A stretch of 61,240 bases of DNA, filler included, from Rhabdomonas costata (taxonomy: Eukaryota): the NCBI GenBank assembly GCA_019059605.1. It is 19 parts of 19 records of this genome, joined end to end, with 100 filler letters (N's around TTAATTAATTAA, not from the genome) between each part and the next. Parts side by side here need not be neighbours in the genome. Positions count along the whole stretch, not along the records: positions 9,698 to 12,826 come from JAHMHO010001322.1; positions 12,927 to 16,056 come from JAHMHO010001323.1; positions 16,157 to 19,286 come from JAHMHO010001324.1; positions 19,387 to 22,515 come from JAHMHO010001325.1; positions 22,616 to 25,744 come from JAHMHO010001326.1; 14 more parts are not named here. One strand, written 5' to 3'. Each line of letters opens with the position of its first letter. Within the stretch, counting starts at the first letter, position 1. The translations under genes and the position numbers were made by a program. Of the stretch, positions 12,227-25,304 are shown in pieces. The notes under the pieces are model-generated. The model did not search any database and had not been told where the DNA came from. It worked only from the letters and a program-made list of their open reading frames with translations.

Positions 12227-14762
12227 GTACTGTGCGCCTCTCGCTAAATCTCCCCCATCCCTCCAGCCTCCAGCCTTTCTAACGAGGCAGAAAAGGCTGC
12301 GATGCGGACCCCCATTGTGTCCATTGGCGGAGGCCCTTCAGGCCCTTCCTTTTTTATCTCACCCACTCTCTGTCGCTGCTTGATCAGGAAAGTTGCAGCC
12401 CACAGAGGTCCGAGAGTCCGAGATTACCTAGCCGGAAGTCGACGAGCAGTAGAAGAATGAAGGATGGCAAACAAGAGACCAAAACAGGGAAAACATAACA
12501 GCTCTCGGTTGTTGAACACCGTTTCATACAATTTGTTCGGCTGCGCTTCTATGTCGGGAATTACATGGCCGTTCATTTCAAGGCTCAGTTTGGTGTTCAG
12601 GGGCATTTGTCAACGCTGAACATGTGCCAAAACCTCAGTGATCACCTGCATTTAAATTATACGCAAATACTTTGACCCATTCAATTCTCTTTTCGCATGC
12701 CTTTCCGTTGCCTTAAACGCTGGAGCTGCCCGTGCCCCCCTCCCACAAGAAACAATGGAAACAATATTGAAGCCGCGTATCCGGCCTCTTTTCGCACCAC
12801 CATTGTCTTTGGGGGGGGGGGGGGGGNNNNNNNNNNNNNNNNNNNNNNNNNNNNNNNNNNNNNNNNNNNNTTAATTAATTAANNNNNNNNNNNNNNNNNN
12901 NNNNNNNNNNNNNNNNNNNNNNNNNNTCATTCCATTACATTTACAGGGAGGATACCAGTGGACTGAGGAAGGGCACAAACCAAACAAGAAGAAGAGAAAA
13001 GAGGAAGAAAAGGCCTAAGATCTGGCTAACACCCTTGGCAAGGAGGGAAAGGGTGGGATGGGGGTTATATCTCGTATTCCAGGTGATCCAACACGACTTC
13101 CTGCCCCGCATCTGAGAGCTTGGTCAAAAGGTCTCGGTAGAGTTGGTGGAAGTTCAGAGAGGACCCCCTAGTCCTGCAGTTGGTTCCCCCCCACAGAAGC
13201 ATTAGAAGTGGGAAAGCCGATAAGCAGGGAACGGTCGACATCAAGATTGCACAGAATACGGTTCGGAACTGTTTTGGTGCGATGTACTTTAGTGAGCGGT
13301 GGGTGAGGGTGCGAGAATAGCCAGGCTTCGCGGAAATACAGCAGGAAATTCACATGCCTAGTAACATCCCGAAACTGAGACAGAATTTAGAATGTGGCAT
13401 TTCGAACACAAGTCTTTTGGGTCAGTTTACGGTGTACCCTGCCGTATCTCATATCGAGGTTCGTGTGACGCCGGGCTGCATCCAAGAACTGCGGGGTCCA
13501 CATTCCAGTAATACACATTCTGCGGGGACTCGCATTTTTTTTGGGGGGGGGAGCAATGCTAAACGTTTTTAGCTTTAGAGGTTTTTTGGAATTCACGTTG
13601 CTGGGTTTTGCCAGACCAATGGGACAGGATTATATTGGAGCCAGAGGCCATTCCGCTGCGCGGCTGAAAAGGGTGTCATGGGGTGGACGATGCTCGGTTC
13701 ACAGTGTTCAACAACCAAAACAATCACTGAAACATGATGATGATGATGATGATGATGATAACGGGTGCGGAATTAGTAAAACCGTGTGCCGTGTACTACC
13801 GACTACCGCTAAAATCATTAACTTTTTTTGGGGGGGGGAAGGGCTTCGGCAAACTGATTTTCCGCGCCAGACATTTTTGAATTTTTTTTGGGGGGTTAAC
13901 AAGTTATGCCCTTACCACTGCCAAACTCAAACACCACTTGCGCGGTTTTGCAAATTTTTGTGGGTGATGGAGAGCTGAAGAAACGTACCTGCGGACTTCG
14001 AGCACGCTGTTCTCACCCTTACGCCTGACGGTGATGTTGAAGGAAACCAAATCGCCCTGAAAGCGCACGTTTTGTTGCAGCGTCGAATGCAAGACCTGCA
14101 GTATATAACGAGTTTCGTGGCAGCGTCAACAGCAACACCTGGTGAATCTACAGTATGCCAAACTGAATCGAAGCGCTTCCCATCGCCCAACCAGTGAGCA
14201 GTGCATCATTTGTACTGGTGCCATTCCGAGGATGAGTGAAATTGGAGGTAGAATAAATGAAGAGTCCGCAGCCTTCCGCCCTGTCCATATGCCGGTCCGC
14301 TCTCCTTTTCGGATAATGGCGCGTTTCATCTCAAAAGGGAGAGTTTCTGACACAAACAGAGAAAATGATGAACATATGAAGAAAATGCACGGCTGATGCG
14401 CAATGTCTTTCACTCACCATGCGACAAACAGAAGCAGCCCATAATCTTTAGCAAAGTGTTGAAAACCTTCCGAAACATTGCCGCTCGTTTTGGGAAGAGG
14501 AAACTATGGCACTCATTCCACCTGCGCAAGCTCAGAAAAAACACCTCTAGGAAATGTAGACTATAAAGCTCGAAAATGTACCCCCCGCTTCAAATTCAAA
14601 ATTCGTCTTCCCGAAAACCCTTTCCACCTCTCGCATCTGAGCTGAAATGGGCAATATCCCTTTGCCAGGGTAGACTGAGACGCGTAGACAGCAAACCGCC
14701 CGTCACTCCTGCAGACATGCACACAGTTATGACACAAATAACGCAAGCTTGCACACACAAAC

Positions 14763-15563
14763 CCCAGGGTGGTCGGCCATCGCCTTGATCTTGAAGTAGT
14801 TCTTGCCGTTTTCGGGGTTGCAGTTGAGCTCGGCCAGGGCCTGCACAACCTGCTTTACCACCACCTCAGGGGGCTCCTCAACCTCGAAGTGCATGTTCGA
14901 GAGCTTCTGCACGAAGGTTTCCAATGCGAAACTCCTGTGCCTCGTGAGCTGCTCCACCGTCTCCACTGCCTCCTCGGCGGCAAGGGAAGCGACGCGCGTC
15001 ACCTTTCGCGGGGACAACTACGCAGGGCGAGAACCAAACACTCACCAACACCACATAAGTCACACGCCAATACACGAGCCATGGGAGATGCACTACACCG
15101 ACCGACCGCAGGCATGTACTGCCCTGTCGTTGTTTTGCTCAAGCTGAAATGTTGGGAGGTAAATAGAGTGGATTATCATCCGAGGGAGGATTTGCCACAA
15201 GAGTGCTCCACGCGCGCACGCTTCGACTTGCAATTCGATGTCACCAATTTGTGGTAATACACACATCACAGTGTCCATGGTGCGCGCAATGTAACGCAGC
15301 CAGATCGGAGCAGCTCCATACACACATGACACAAGCACACCATAATCAAGAAGGCGTAAGAGATGGTCAAGGAACCGAGCCCACCACCACCCCACATGCC
15401 ATTCTCGGAGAGAGAAATAGACTTGAGTGGGAATGAGCAGTAGGGTGCTGGGAGCACCTCGCTGGAGATGGGCGAGAAGGCGTTGGCGAGGTCCTCAGCA
15501 GTGATGTTGTGGGGCTTCACATTCCTCACGCGCTCCAGCTCCTTCTCCGGCATGGGTTGCATC
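14763..15563 (-). CDS. Two exons of an unidentified protein
   Basis: Exons 15563-15458 (MQPMPEKELERVRNVKPHNITAEDLANAFSPISSE) and 15002-14763 (VTRVASLAAEE...NYFKIKAMADHPG). They show host-like GC3 bias and join in phase across a GT-AG intron. Confidence 0.65.
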
Positions 15564-15871
15564 CTGCACGCAAAGGGGGTGAGATTGAAGGCCTACTCAG
15601 GAGGAGGCGCCGCGGTCGGGGTCCACAGCTGCCCATCAAAGGAGCAGAAAAGGGGCGAAGCCTAAGCAGTCTAAGAATATTTCGTATACATACTGCAGTC
15701 TTCCCGAAACCAATGAGTCCAACCAGATTCCACGCAGAAGCAGTCTCTCATCTCACACAACCCTTCAAGCCCACCCCGTTGTTGCGGTTTAATAAAACGG
15801 GCCCTGGCATGAGAGCAGCCATGCAGCAGTACTGGGTGAAGAGGGGAAGCTGAAAGTCCTTGGTCAGTTCC

Positions 15872-16049
15872 GGTCGATTTTTTGTAGTGGTGGTGGTGGG
15901 GAACGGTGTTAAACGGCATAACGCCGTTAGAAAAGAAGAAAATGGCACAGGTTCACTTAATGGGCCCAAAGGAGGAAACATTTTTCTTTTCTAACGGCGT
16001 TATGCCGTTTAACACCTTTCCCCACCACCACCACTACAAAAAATCGACC
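15872..16049. mobile_element. MITE-like foldback element with about 70-bp imperfect terminal inverted repeats
   Basis: GGTCGATTTTTTGTAGTGGTGGTGGTGGGGAACGGTGTTAAACGGCATAACGCCGTTAGAAAAG... (15872-15944) is mirrored by 15979-16049 with a few mismatches around a short spacer. Confidence 0.6.
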
Positions 16050-17448
16050 ACAACACNNNNNNNNNNNNNNNNNNNNNNNNNNNNNNNNNNNNNNNNNNNN
16101 TTAATTAATTAANNNNNNNNNNNNNNNNNNNNNNNNNNNNNNNNNNNNNNNNNNNNGGTTTTGGGTAAATTTTTCTGCTGATGAGGCAAAAACAATCATT
16201 TCGGGTCACTCGCAAAAAAATTTACCCAAATTTACCCCTTCACTATAATAACGGTATTTTGAGTGTGCTGCTATATTTTACGTGGTCGTTTGATCGTTTG
16301 TGTTATCAAGTAAAAGTTTTAAGCCATGGTTCTATTACCACTGGTAACCGTTACCGTTCTCCTCCCCCCTCCAACTTCCATTGGGCCGTGTTCACGGGTG
16401 AGATGACTTCTCTGAAAAGAGAGGATGGGGGCAGGTGCTGGTCATCTTCGGCAACCCTTTATGGCTGATGGGGAGATGGGTGTTGAGTTTTATCCAGCTC
16501 CTCTTCGTGAGGAACATAAGCCTTTGTTCCCTGCCCTCCCACCATCTGCTCGTCATCTTTTTCCGCCGTCTGGTTTGTTTTACTCCCCACCTTTCTTCTG
16601 CCAAGCTCTGGCCACCCAGCTTCCGTTCTGTGGCATAGCGTTGGTGTACACGGCGCGCCCGTGGAAGAGAAGAGGAAGTGCTTTCTATATTTGTGTATCT
16701 CTCTCATGTAACAGTAGCTGTCGTTGTAAGTTTTCCGGTTCAGGCGGGTCTGAATGTCTCGGAAGCGGCCGGGGGGCGGCCGCGGCCTCTGCACTGTCCC
16801 GACTGTTCAGTTCGCTCGAACGACATCCCTGTGCGTGTATATCAGCGTTCCCGGTGTCTGCCTGAATGCGTTCAAAGGATGCCTTCGGAAGCCGAGAGCA
16901 CCGTCAGTGGCCAAGATTGTTCAGAGAATGGTTGAAGAGACGGGTTTTGGGGTACTGTGTTGGGGTGTTGCTGGGTCACTGGCTGGGTCACTCCGCATGC
17001 TGCGCCCCTGGTCGTTCTGTCTTTAGAACGATAAATAGGTTACAGGAGGGAGGCTGAGAGGGCAAGGGGGGAGTTATTGGCCCCCACTTGGCCCAAACGG
17101 CACCCTCGAAATGACTTTTTAGTGAAAGGGGATTGGGGGAACGTTCCAGTAGAAAAAATGTCACGACGACCACCTCAGCACCGCCGCCGATTACTGCTTT
17201 TAAGGGCACAGATCGTTTGTCACAGCTCAGATGGCGTTTTATGTAGTTGCAAACGCTGCGTGAAGAAAAGGTAATCAGATCTTGCCCAAACACAATGAGC
17301 AGTTTTATTGTTTCCGCCTCGCGCAGCCCCTCTTTTCAGTTATGGTTTCACCCGTGTAACCATCAACCACCAGTTTGCTGCACTCATTACCCGTGTTGAC
17401 TGGAAGTACGCGCGAATTGAAAAGTGGACGAAAGTCGACACCCTCTGG

Positions 17449-18761
17449 ATGATTGCGCTTCCTGACGACATACTGGTCTGCAGCTTTTTGTACCTGAAGC
17501 TCAAGCCCAGCTCATTGTGCGGCTGGTCTGTCGGCGTTTTCAAGCGCTAGTGGATGAGTTCCTGGTCCCGAAGTGGAGGGTAGTGCTCCGCCTTCGCAAG
17601 GCCTTCCCAACTCGCGTGGAGCGTGAAGTTGTACTTGGGAGCTTGTGGCTGGGCTGCTCCGCTGCGGAGATTTTCGTCGAAGTTGTCATTTTGGAGCTCT
17701 TCCACTGGAGTGGCGCGACAGAAGCCGCGGCATTGTCTAGCACTTCTCTCTTCCCCAACCTCACTTCTTTAAGTATTGTGGAAAACCATTTTACCAGCTG
17801 CAGGTGCGGGGCACGTGCAATGCGAGCGTTAGCGGCCTCATCGCCGTTTCTTCACCTCAGGTCTTTGGATGTGGGTGGAAACTGGATCGGAGCAGCTGGA
17901 ATGCAAGCACTTGTGGTCCGTCCCTTGTTTCCCGGCCTGACGTCTCTGAATATCGATGGCAATCAGATAGCGGTATCGGGGATGCAAGCCCTTGCGGCTT
18001 CCCCGTTTTTTTCTAACCTCACGTCACTGAATGTCGGTGGAAATGGCATCAGTGATGCAGGAATTCGAGCACTTGCGGCTTCTCCTCATTTCCCGAATCT
18101 GACTTCCTTGGTATTGAGCAGCAACCAGATCTTGAATGCAGGTATGCAGGCTTTTGCTGCTTCCCCCTTTCATCAAAAGCTCACGTCCTTGAATCTGAGC
18201 TACAACTCCATCCACGCTGAAGGAATGCAGGCGCTCGCCGCTACATCTTTTCTTTCCAATCTTGTGTCCTTGAATGTGTCCGGCAATACTTGTGGAGGGA
18301 TGGGGTATCTTCTGCCTACTTCGGCTGTCCTTGCCAAGCTCGCCTTTCTGGATGTGAGCCTCTGCATCCACATGACACCAGTTGCGAATGCATTTGTGGC
18401 TACAGCTCCGGTTACCAGCCTGATGGCTTTAGACGTCAGCAACAACCAGCTCGGTGATGCGGGTATAGGAGCGCTGGCCACTTCATGCTCCTTCCCCAAT
18501 CTTACATCGTTGAAGGCACGCAGCGTCAATTTCGGAAATGTTGGAATGCAAGCACTGGCGACTTCGGCGTCCTTCCCCCATCTCAGCTCCCTGGATCTCT
18601 GGTTCAATCATATTGATGACGCCGGGATGCATGCCTTCGCGGCTTCTCCGTTTTTTCCCAAACTCAAGTTGCTGGAGGTGTGTCATAACAATGTCGGAGG
18701 TTCCGGAAAAAGGGCGGTTGTGTGCTCATCATTCTTCCTCGGCATCCGCGTGTTGTTGTAG
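17449..18761 (+). pseudogene. Intronless F-box plus leucine-rich-repeat protein with a frameshift in the F-box
   Basis: MIALPDDILVCSFLYLKL is in one frame and AQLIVRLVCRRFQALVDEFL in the -1 frame (shift near 17500). About 11 LRRs of about 27 aa follow (FPNLTSLNVGGNGISDAGIRALAASPH type). Confidence 0.75.
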
Positions 18762-21700
18762 CGTCGTTATAGATGTGCGATGTGGGATCACAGATGGTGG
18801 GTTTCGTTTTTCACCCGCTTGCGTTTTGCCTTTCCTGCGCTATTTTCTTCTTCGATGGGAGGAAGACGTTTGATGCACGGCATCAAGCATCGCCTTACTT
18901 CCTCCACACACACCAGCGATGCGACAGTGCATTGTGGCCATTTTCCTGGGGGGCCGAGTGTTCCTGATACCAGCCTTTTCTTGCCCTGCCGGCCTCATGT
19001 CTCTTTGTCAAATGCTTAATGTGTGCTTGGTGGTTTCCTTGTTTGGAAGCTTCATTAGTGGTGTGCGGAGCTCGTTCATTGGTACTGAACATGCCATCCC
19101 CCCAACAATTGGTTCTGGATATAATGGGGAGGTTTTCTACCTGTAGATACAATATTCAGCTCAGTTACTAATCACCGATTTTTCAATTGGGGCAGCAGTA
19201 TCTGTTGGATTTCATCTTCATATGCTCATGCGCAAGACGAAAACTCTGACCCAATCGTGTGCAGCGTACTGGTGGGCACCCAACCCNNNNNNNNNNNNNN
19301 NNNNNNNNNNNNNNNNNNNNNNNNNNNNNNTTAATTAATTAANNNNNNNNNNNNNNNNNNNNNNNNNNNNNNNNNNNNNNNNNNNNGTTGTTGTGGTTCC
19401 CTCAGTTTTGGTGAGCGATTGTTTGCTGGCTGGTGAAGTCCCAGATTGCTGCGATGCTTCCGTGTAACCACGCTGTTGTTTTTACCTCTTGTTTTCACGG
19501 GGTTTTCAGGTGGCGTGGATAATATCTCTGAGTCCGCTGACCACGGTTGCTTTCAGCTGAGTCTGTCTGATAATGATAGTAATAGTTCTGCTTGCCTTTC
19601 AGCTCCACTGTACTTTCTCCTCATTGCTTCTTGTCTGGTTTGCTTTTGTTTTGATTATGCTCCGTTTCCGATTTGAAAGCGTTTCCATTCGAATAGGTTC
19701 TCGCCATGCAGCTGCCTTGCGGAAGAGCCCTATGAAGAGCTTCTGCCGCCCCTCTCCGTTGGCTTCCCCGACCTCTCTTCCCTGCCCTGCCCCAAAATTT
19801 ACGTCACCGAGGTCCCTTTGCGAAGGCCATGCCCGCAGGACCGTGGCGCAGTCGCCCGGACCTTGCTGTGGCTTTTGGAGGCCCTGCTACCAGCGGCAAG
19901 GCGCCGCGAGTAAGGGGTACTTGTCTCGGGCGCTGCCTTCTCAGTGTCCTCGGCTCCTGGCTTGTGTTTCTTTTGAAAACCTTCTACCCCCTTCTCCAGA
20001 ATCAAAGCCATCAACCTTGCTCTTTGAGAAACTTTTTCTGTTGGGGTGGAAGAAAGCGCATTCCACTTTTTCCAGGGGTCCACGCCAGTGACCTTCCTCC
20101 CCGTTCACATACCCATCCACCATCCATTGAAGAGCTGACCCATCTGGTGGGTCATGTGATGGGCCAGCTCGGTAGAAGAGGGAAACCCTTCTTTGGTTGT
20201 GCACCCCTTCGTTTAGTGGGTCCCTTTGACCTTTCAAGGGAGAAAGTCCGTGTACCCTGAATTCTCATCATTTGTCGTAGTGTACTTTGCAAGTTCTTGC
20301 CGTTGGTTTTCAACTGTCTTTGAAGGCGTATTGCTCTGCGCCGGTATATTGGAAGTGGTCCCTCTCCTTCTTGGATGGGTACAAAACAACAACCACTTTT
20401 CTTCGGGAAAAGGCGCCAAGCCCCCTCCTTACCCTCCCTCATGATTTTGAGCACGCTGGGTTCTCCGAGTTGTTCGGCTCAGTCTTTTTTTTTTGCCTTT
20501 CCCTTTTTTCGCGTCAGCTGGTTTTCAGAACCGTTGTTGCGGTGAAGTTTTTCCTTTTCGCTCTGCCTTCACCACCGCTCTGCCTTTTTATCCGCAACTC
20601 CCGCCGCAGGGCTGGGAAACTACTTTTTACCGGGCATCCGGCAGCGTGAATGTAGATGTGTATCACTGACCACGACTGGAACAGTTGCAGCAAGCCTGCT
20701 TCCATGACAGCGTGTGTGTTGGCCTCCAGCACAACTTTTCTTATGTCGGCCAATGTTTGTTTGTTTTCAGCTTGGAAGGACGGGTCGCTCCCTTGAATAG
20801 TTCAGCTGACTTTTGTAGTATATGCTTTCTGTTTGCTGGATTCTCACGGGAGCAGACAGATATCCACGCCCAACTGCGAGGATGCGGGAATAAGTTACCC
20901 CCGATCAATCGTGTTCTGGCTTGGATCGGTAAAGCGGGAGGTATCAGGGATGGGAGTATCTCTGCCTCGTTACTTTCTTCTTGGTTTGGTGTTTTTTTTT
21001 TGGACTTTTCCTTTTCACGCATTCAGGAGAGCAGGGGCCTGCGAGAAATCTTTTGGTTTTTGGAATGAGTGATTTTTTGGTGCGCCCGCCCAGCGAGGGA
21101 GGTGCGCATCTGCTCAACACCTGCACGTCATCTGACAGTGCAGTGCGGAAGGGGCTATTGGTATCCTCTCATGCGTTGTATGAGTCTGGGTGATGTGGAC
21201 CTGTTTGGGGGAGGGTGGGGACGATAACAGTAACCATTCTTTTCCTTGGTGGACCGTACATAACTCAAGGCCCGGACTTTCCCGCATCATCCGCCCGTTC
21301 CAGTTTTGGCTGCGCCTCGAACTGGCGTCTGCCTCCCAAGCTTAATCTGCCCAGCTGGTCCTTAGCCAACAGTCTCTGTGTATGTTAACTTCAGGTTCTT
21401 GATCAAAGCGATAAATTGCATCCTAGAGGGCTTCATGAGGATTAACATTGGAATAACAAGACACAGTTTATTTAACTTCTCTTCCCGTTGTCAAATTAGT
21501 CATGTAGGGTTGTATTGGGAACTGCTTTCAATTTTTTCCAGTGTTATTTTAATCGTCCCACCTCTCCTTCCTCCAAAGGTGCACTCGGCTTGTGTCTTGT
21601 GCCTGGAATGGTTCGCTGCGACATCATTCCCGGTCTTTGGTTGGCTGGGTCTCAGGCTCCCTTTTTGGAACTCCCTGCAAGGAGGCCTTCAAATCAGAAG

Positions 21701-22769
21701 GTTCAACACGCTGGCAGTGGTTACGCTGGCTTTCCTTTTTTGGCTTTTCTTTTTCTTTTTTTGCTTCCATTTTTCTTTCTTTCTTTCTTTCAACTTTTCA
21801 GTGATCTCTATGTCCTTTCACTTGGAGACCTCCATTCTTTTTTTATCTTTTCAACTCCATACCGAGTCCAAGCATTTTGCCATGTTCGGTTAGAGCCGTT
21901 TGAGGGAAATGACCTGGACCTTTTTCAGGAATCGTGGGGTGTAGCCTTCCTTGATAAAAAGAGGGGTTTTTGTTGGTAAGCATGACCGGAGCTTTCAGCT
22001 TCCTACAAACCGGGGCCCCGCAGGGCTGGCGGCGATATTCTGGCCTGTGTTAGCCGGTGTGTGGTTCGCCGGCAGCAGTGTTGTAGACCCCCACCCCCGT
22101 GCACTCTTAGGCTGCGCGGGTCTTGACTAGGACACCGTTTCATGTTTCTTTTCTTTTCTTTTCTTTTCTGCTTTCTTCCCCAATTCCTCCATTTTCTTTT
22201 TCTTTCGTGCACAAACTTACACACTGTCAGTCGCGCAAACCAAAACCATTGCAGCAGCTGATTGGTACGTTTGTGCGTCACACCTGTGTTTCGGCTGCAG
22301 CTCGCAAAGGAACCCCTTTTCTCAAGTTGGGAAAGGGCCTTTTTCCTGAGATATAATCCGCCTAGCCTACGAGCGGTTACCTCTCGTGTGTGCATTTGGA
22401 TAGTGGCACTGTTTCCCCGTAGGCGCTTTACCGGGAAGGGTATTTTGTGGTGTGGCCGGCGTTCTCTTCGACCACGATGGACCCCGAGGTCGAAGAGAAC
22501 GCCGGCCACACCCCCNNNNNNNNNNNNNNNNNNNNNNNNNNNNNNNNNNNNNNNNNNNNTTAATTAATTAANNNNNNNNNNNNNNNNNNNNNNNNNNNNN
22601 NNNNNNNNNNNNNNNTGTGGGGTGGACCAGCAATCAGTGCGAAATCAACTTCAGCGTCTGGTTTGATCCCTCTTCACCCCACCCAGCATGATCCTTTCCT
22701 TCTCTACGGTGAGCTGAAAATGATTTCGCACTGATTGCTGGTCCTTCCCAATCCTCTATGTGCACACAG

Positions 22770-25304
22770 CACTTTAGTGAGATGGTGGCCTTGGAGCGCG
22801 AGCAGGTCCGCACAGAGGTGGCGAGGCTGCAGGCAGAGAATGCGGAGGTTCGTGTACCGTTTCCCTTCTCCCCATTCAGCATGCGCTGTGAGGTGGTGGC
22901 TGCGCCCAAAAATCGGGTGAGTAAGCAGCCCAGCTTCTTGGCGCCATATCATTTTCGTTCAGGGGAACTTCAGGCGACTGTGCAATGGATAGATAGTTGG
23001 GCCGATGCAAGAAGTGCCGTCGCGTGGCGAAAGTTGCATCCTACCAATACGCCTGGGATGGTTCCCTCTTCCTCTCTGGTAGTGGGGCTGCTCATTCTTT
23101 CGGGGGGGGGGGGATCTGAAGCAGTTGTCTGAAAGGATTCGTACAGGGCCACTTTCTCATGAGGGAGGTAGCATGTGTGTTTTCTATTCTGCAATGGAGC
23201 CTGCGTACTTAAATGCGTACGAAAATACACCTCGGTTGCCTCGTCTGAGGACGCTAATGGCTTCTGGGACTCTCCCACGACTCCACCCTGGGTCACAATT
23301 TTGGTAGAAAAAAATTGTAGTAAAATAAGGTCGTTTCAGCGATCCCCTCCAGCCCATTCAAACAAGCGCCAGTGGCAACCCCCATTTTAGCAAATCGGAA
23401 GTGGTCATTCGTCAACGGCTCTCGTCACATCAATCCACAAACATCCGATTACGAAACGTGCTCCCAGTGTGTCGGCCCTGCCATCCTCTGCGTCCTCCGG
23501 TGCATTTGTTTGCAATATTTGTTTGCAGCTTGTCCACCAAGTGGAGCACTGGAAGGCCGTGGTTGGGGGGCTGGAGCAGCAGCTGGGCCTCCTGGGCGAT
23601 GCACAGCGCAAGCTGGACCTCTCTGTGGAGGAGGCGGGGACCTCCCAGGCAGCCCTGGACGACCTCACCAGACGGCACCTCGAGAGCGAAGAGAATGTAA
23701 CAACACCCACCATACACACCTGCACCCACATCCAGAGTCTTAGGAAAAGGTTACTGGATGCCATCATTCCATTTACAATAGCTACTTTAATGGGAAATGG
23801 GGAGTGAGGTATTACTGTACTCCCAGTGGGACAACTGAGCAAAGAGCAAAAGTTGATGTGATTGAGCATTCTTCCAAGCGTTGGTTTTCCCACCTTCATC
23901 CTAGATTGTTTTTCTTTTTGTGGCTAGTGCGCAACTGCTGCCTGTGAAATTTTAGTTGTTCAACTGTTAAATTTTCTGGTTCCACTCGAGCCGCGCCCTT
24001 ATCCACATGCGCCGCATATTTCATCTTTGCTGTAAAATCACGCCCAGCAGTACAGAGGACATTGTAAATCCTACCGTTCTTACTTCGTCGCTGCTCAATG
24101 GCCCCCTACTACTCCAATTGAGGGGACAGATGCTCGCTCAAGGACATACAAATCACGAATAGATGCATCAATTACCCCTGTTTACCCGAAAAGAAAATCC
24201 CGCTCCCACTCTCTCTTCGCAGCTGAAAGTTATGCAGGGGCGGCTGTCGTGCAAGGAGTGGCAGCTCGAGGCCACCCAGAAGGAATCTCGGGTACTGCGA
24301 TGCATGCTCGCGTAGGATAACAGACACGCACACACAACCACTCCTTTTCTTAAGCATCAATTTCCGAAACACCAGTGCATTAAGCAGATTCGCGTATGCA
24401 CCAGAACGTTAATGCTCTTAATTTTGTAGAGATGCAAATGAAAAAAATCAGTCGGATGCATGACGAGTCGCTCTCCCCGTTGTCACAGCTTCTCACTTGG
24501 GTCGCACCCTTCCTGGCTCGCACACTCTTCACTTTCCTTTCCGTCGCCTGTTGCATTCCCAAAGGACAAGGACGTTTTTCTGGCCCAAGTGAAGCTGGAG
24601 CTTCAGTCCAGCGAGCGCAACCGGCGGGAGCTGCAGGCTCAGCTGGCGCAAGCTCAGCAGGACCTGGCCGACGCCCAGCGAGACAAGGCCCAGAGGGAGG
24701 TGTGCCCTGCCAACATTTCGTTTGCTGCTTTTATTCTGGTCAGGTTCCTGTCGGTCTGCTTTCCCCATCAAGTTATAAGTTGCTCCCATCTCTTAGTTCC
24801 CTGACATCCTATTTTCCATGCGAATTTGTTTTCATGTCTCTGGTGCTCTTAAGATGAGGCTTTCCACCGTTCTCTTTTTTGGACTCCGGTATCTCATTGG
24901 ATAATCTTCCTCAAATCGATGTATCCGCCGAGACGAAAAAAGCTTTTCTTCGCCTGAAGCTCGTATCGCGTTCACCGTTTCACACAACCTCGGGCTGGCA
25001 GGCTGGCAGATGCATCATGCGGGGGTTGCCTCCGTGAGATCCCTTGCTCTCCTCTTTAGGCGCGGCTGGCAGCCAGCGAGAAGGCATGCCAGTGCCTCAG
25101 CAACCGCTTGACCCGGGTCTTGCTCAGCAGTCATCCTCCTGGGCAGCATGTGCAGCAGCCTCAGCAGCAGCCTCCAGCTTCCCCGATACCTCTACCATCC
25201 GAAGGAACCCCGAAGCCGTCGTCGATCAGCGGGGCGCTCTTCCCGGGACTCGCTCCCTCTTCGGTTGCGAAGGCCGGCGACATCACCGAGAGCGGCAGCG
25301 AAAG
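22770..25304 (+). CDS. Coiled-coil protein, internal exons
   Basis: Phase-0 exons 22770-22847, 23529-23696, 24223-24291, 24565-24699 and 25060-25304, all GT-AG. The translation is E/Q/L/A-rich with heptad periodicity. Confidence 0.75.

Noticed and set aside
19387-22515. Several ORFs, possibly a decayed retroelement on the minus strand
   Set aside because: There are no convincing motifs. The ORFs are low-complexity or lack coding bias.
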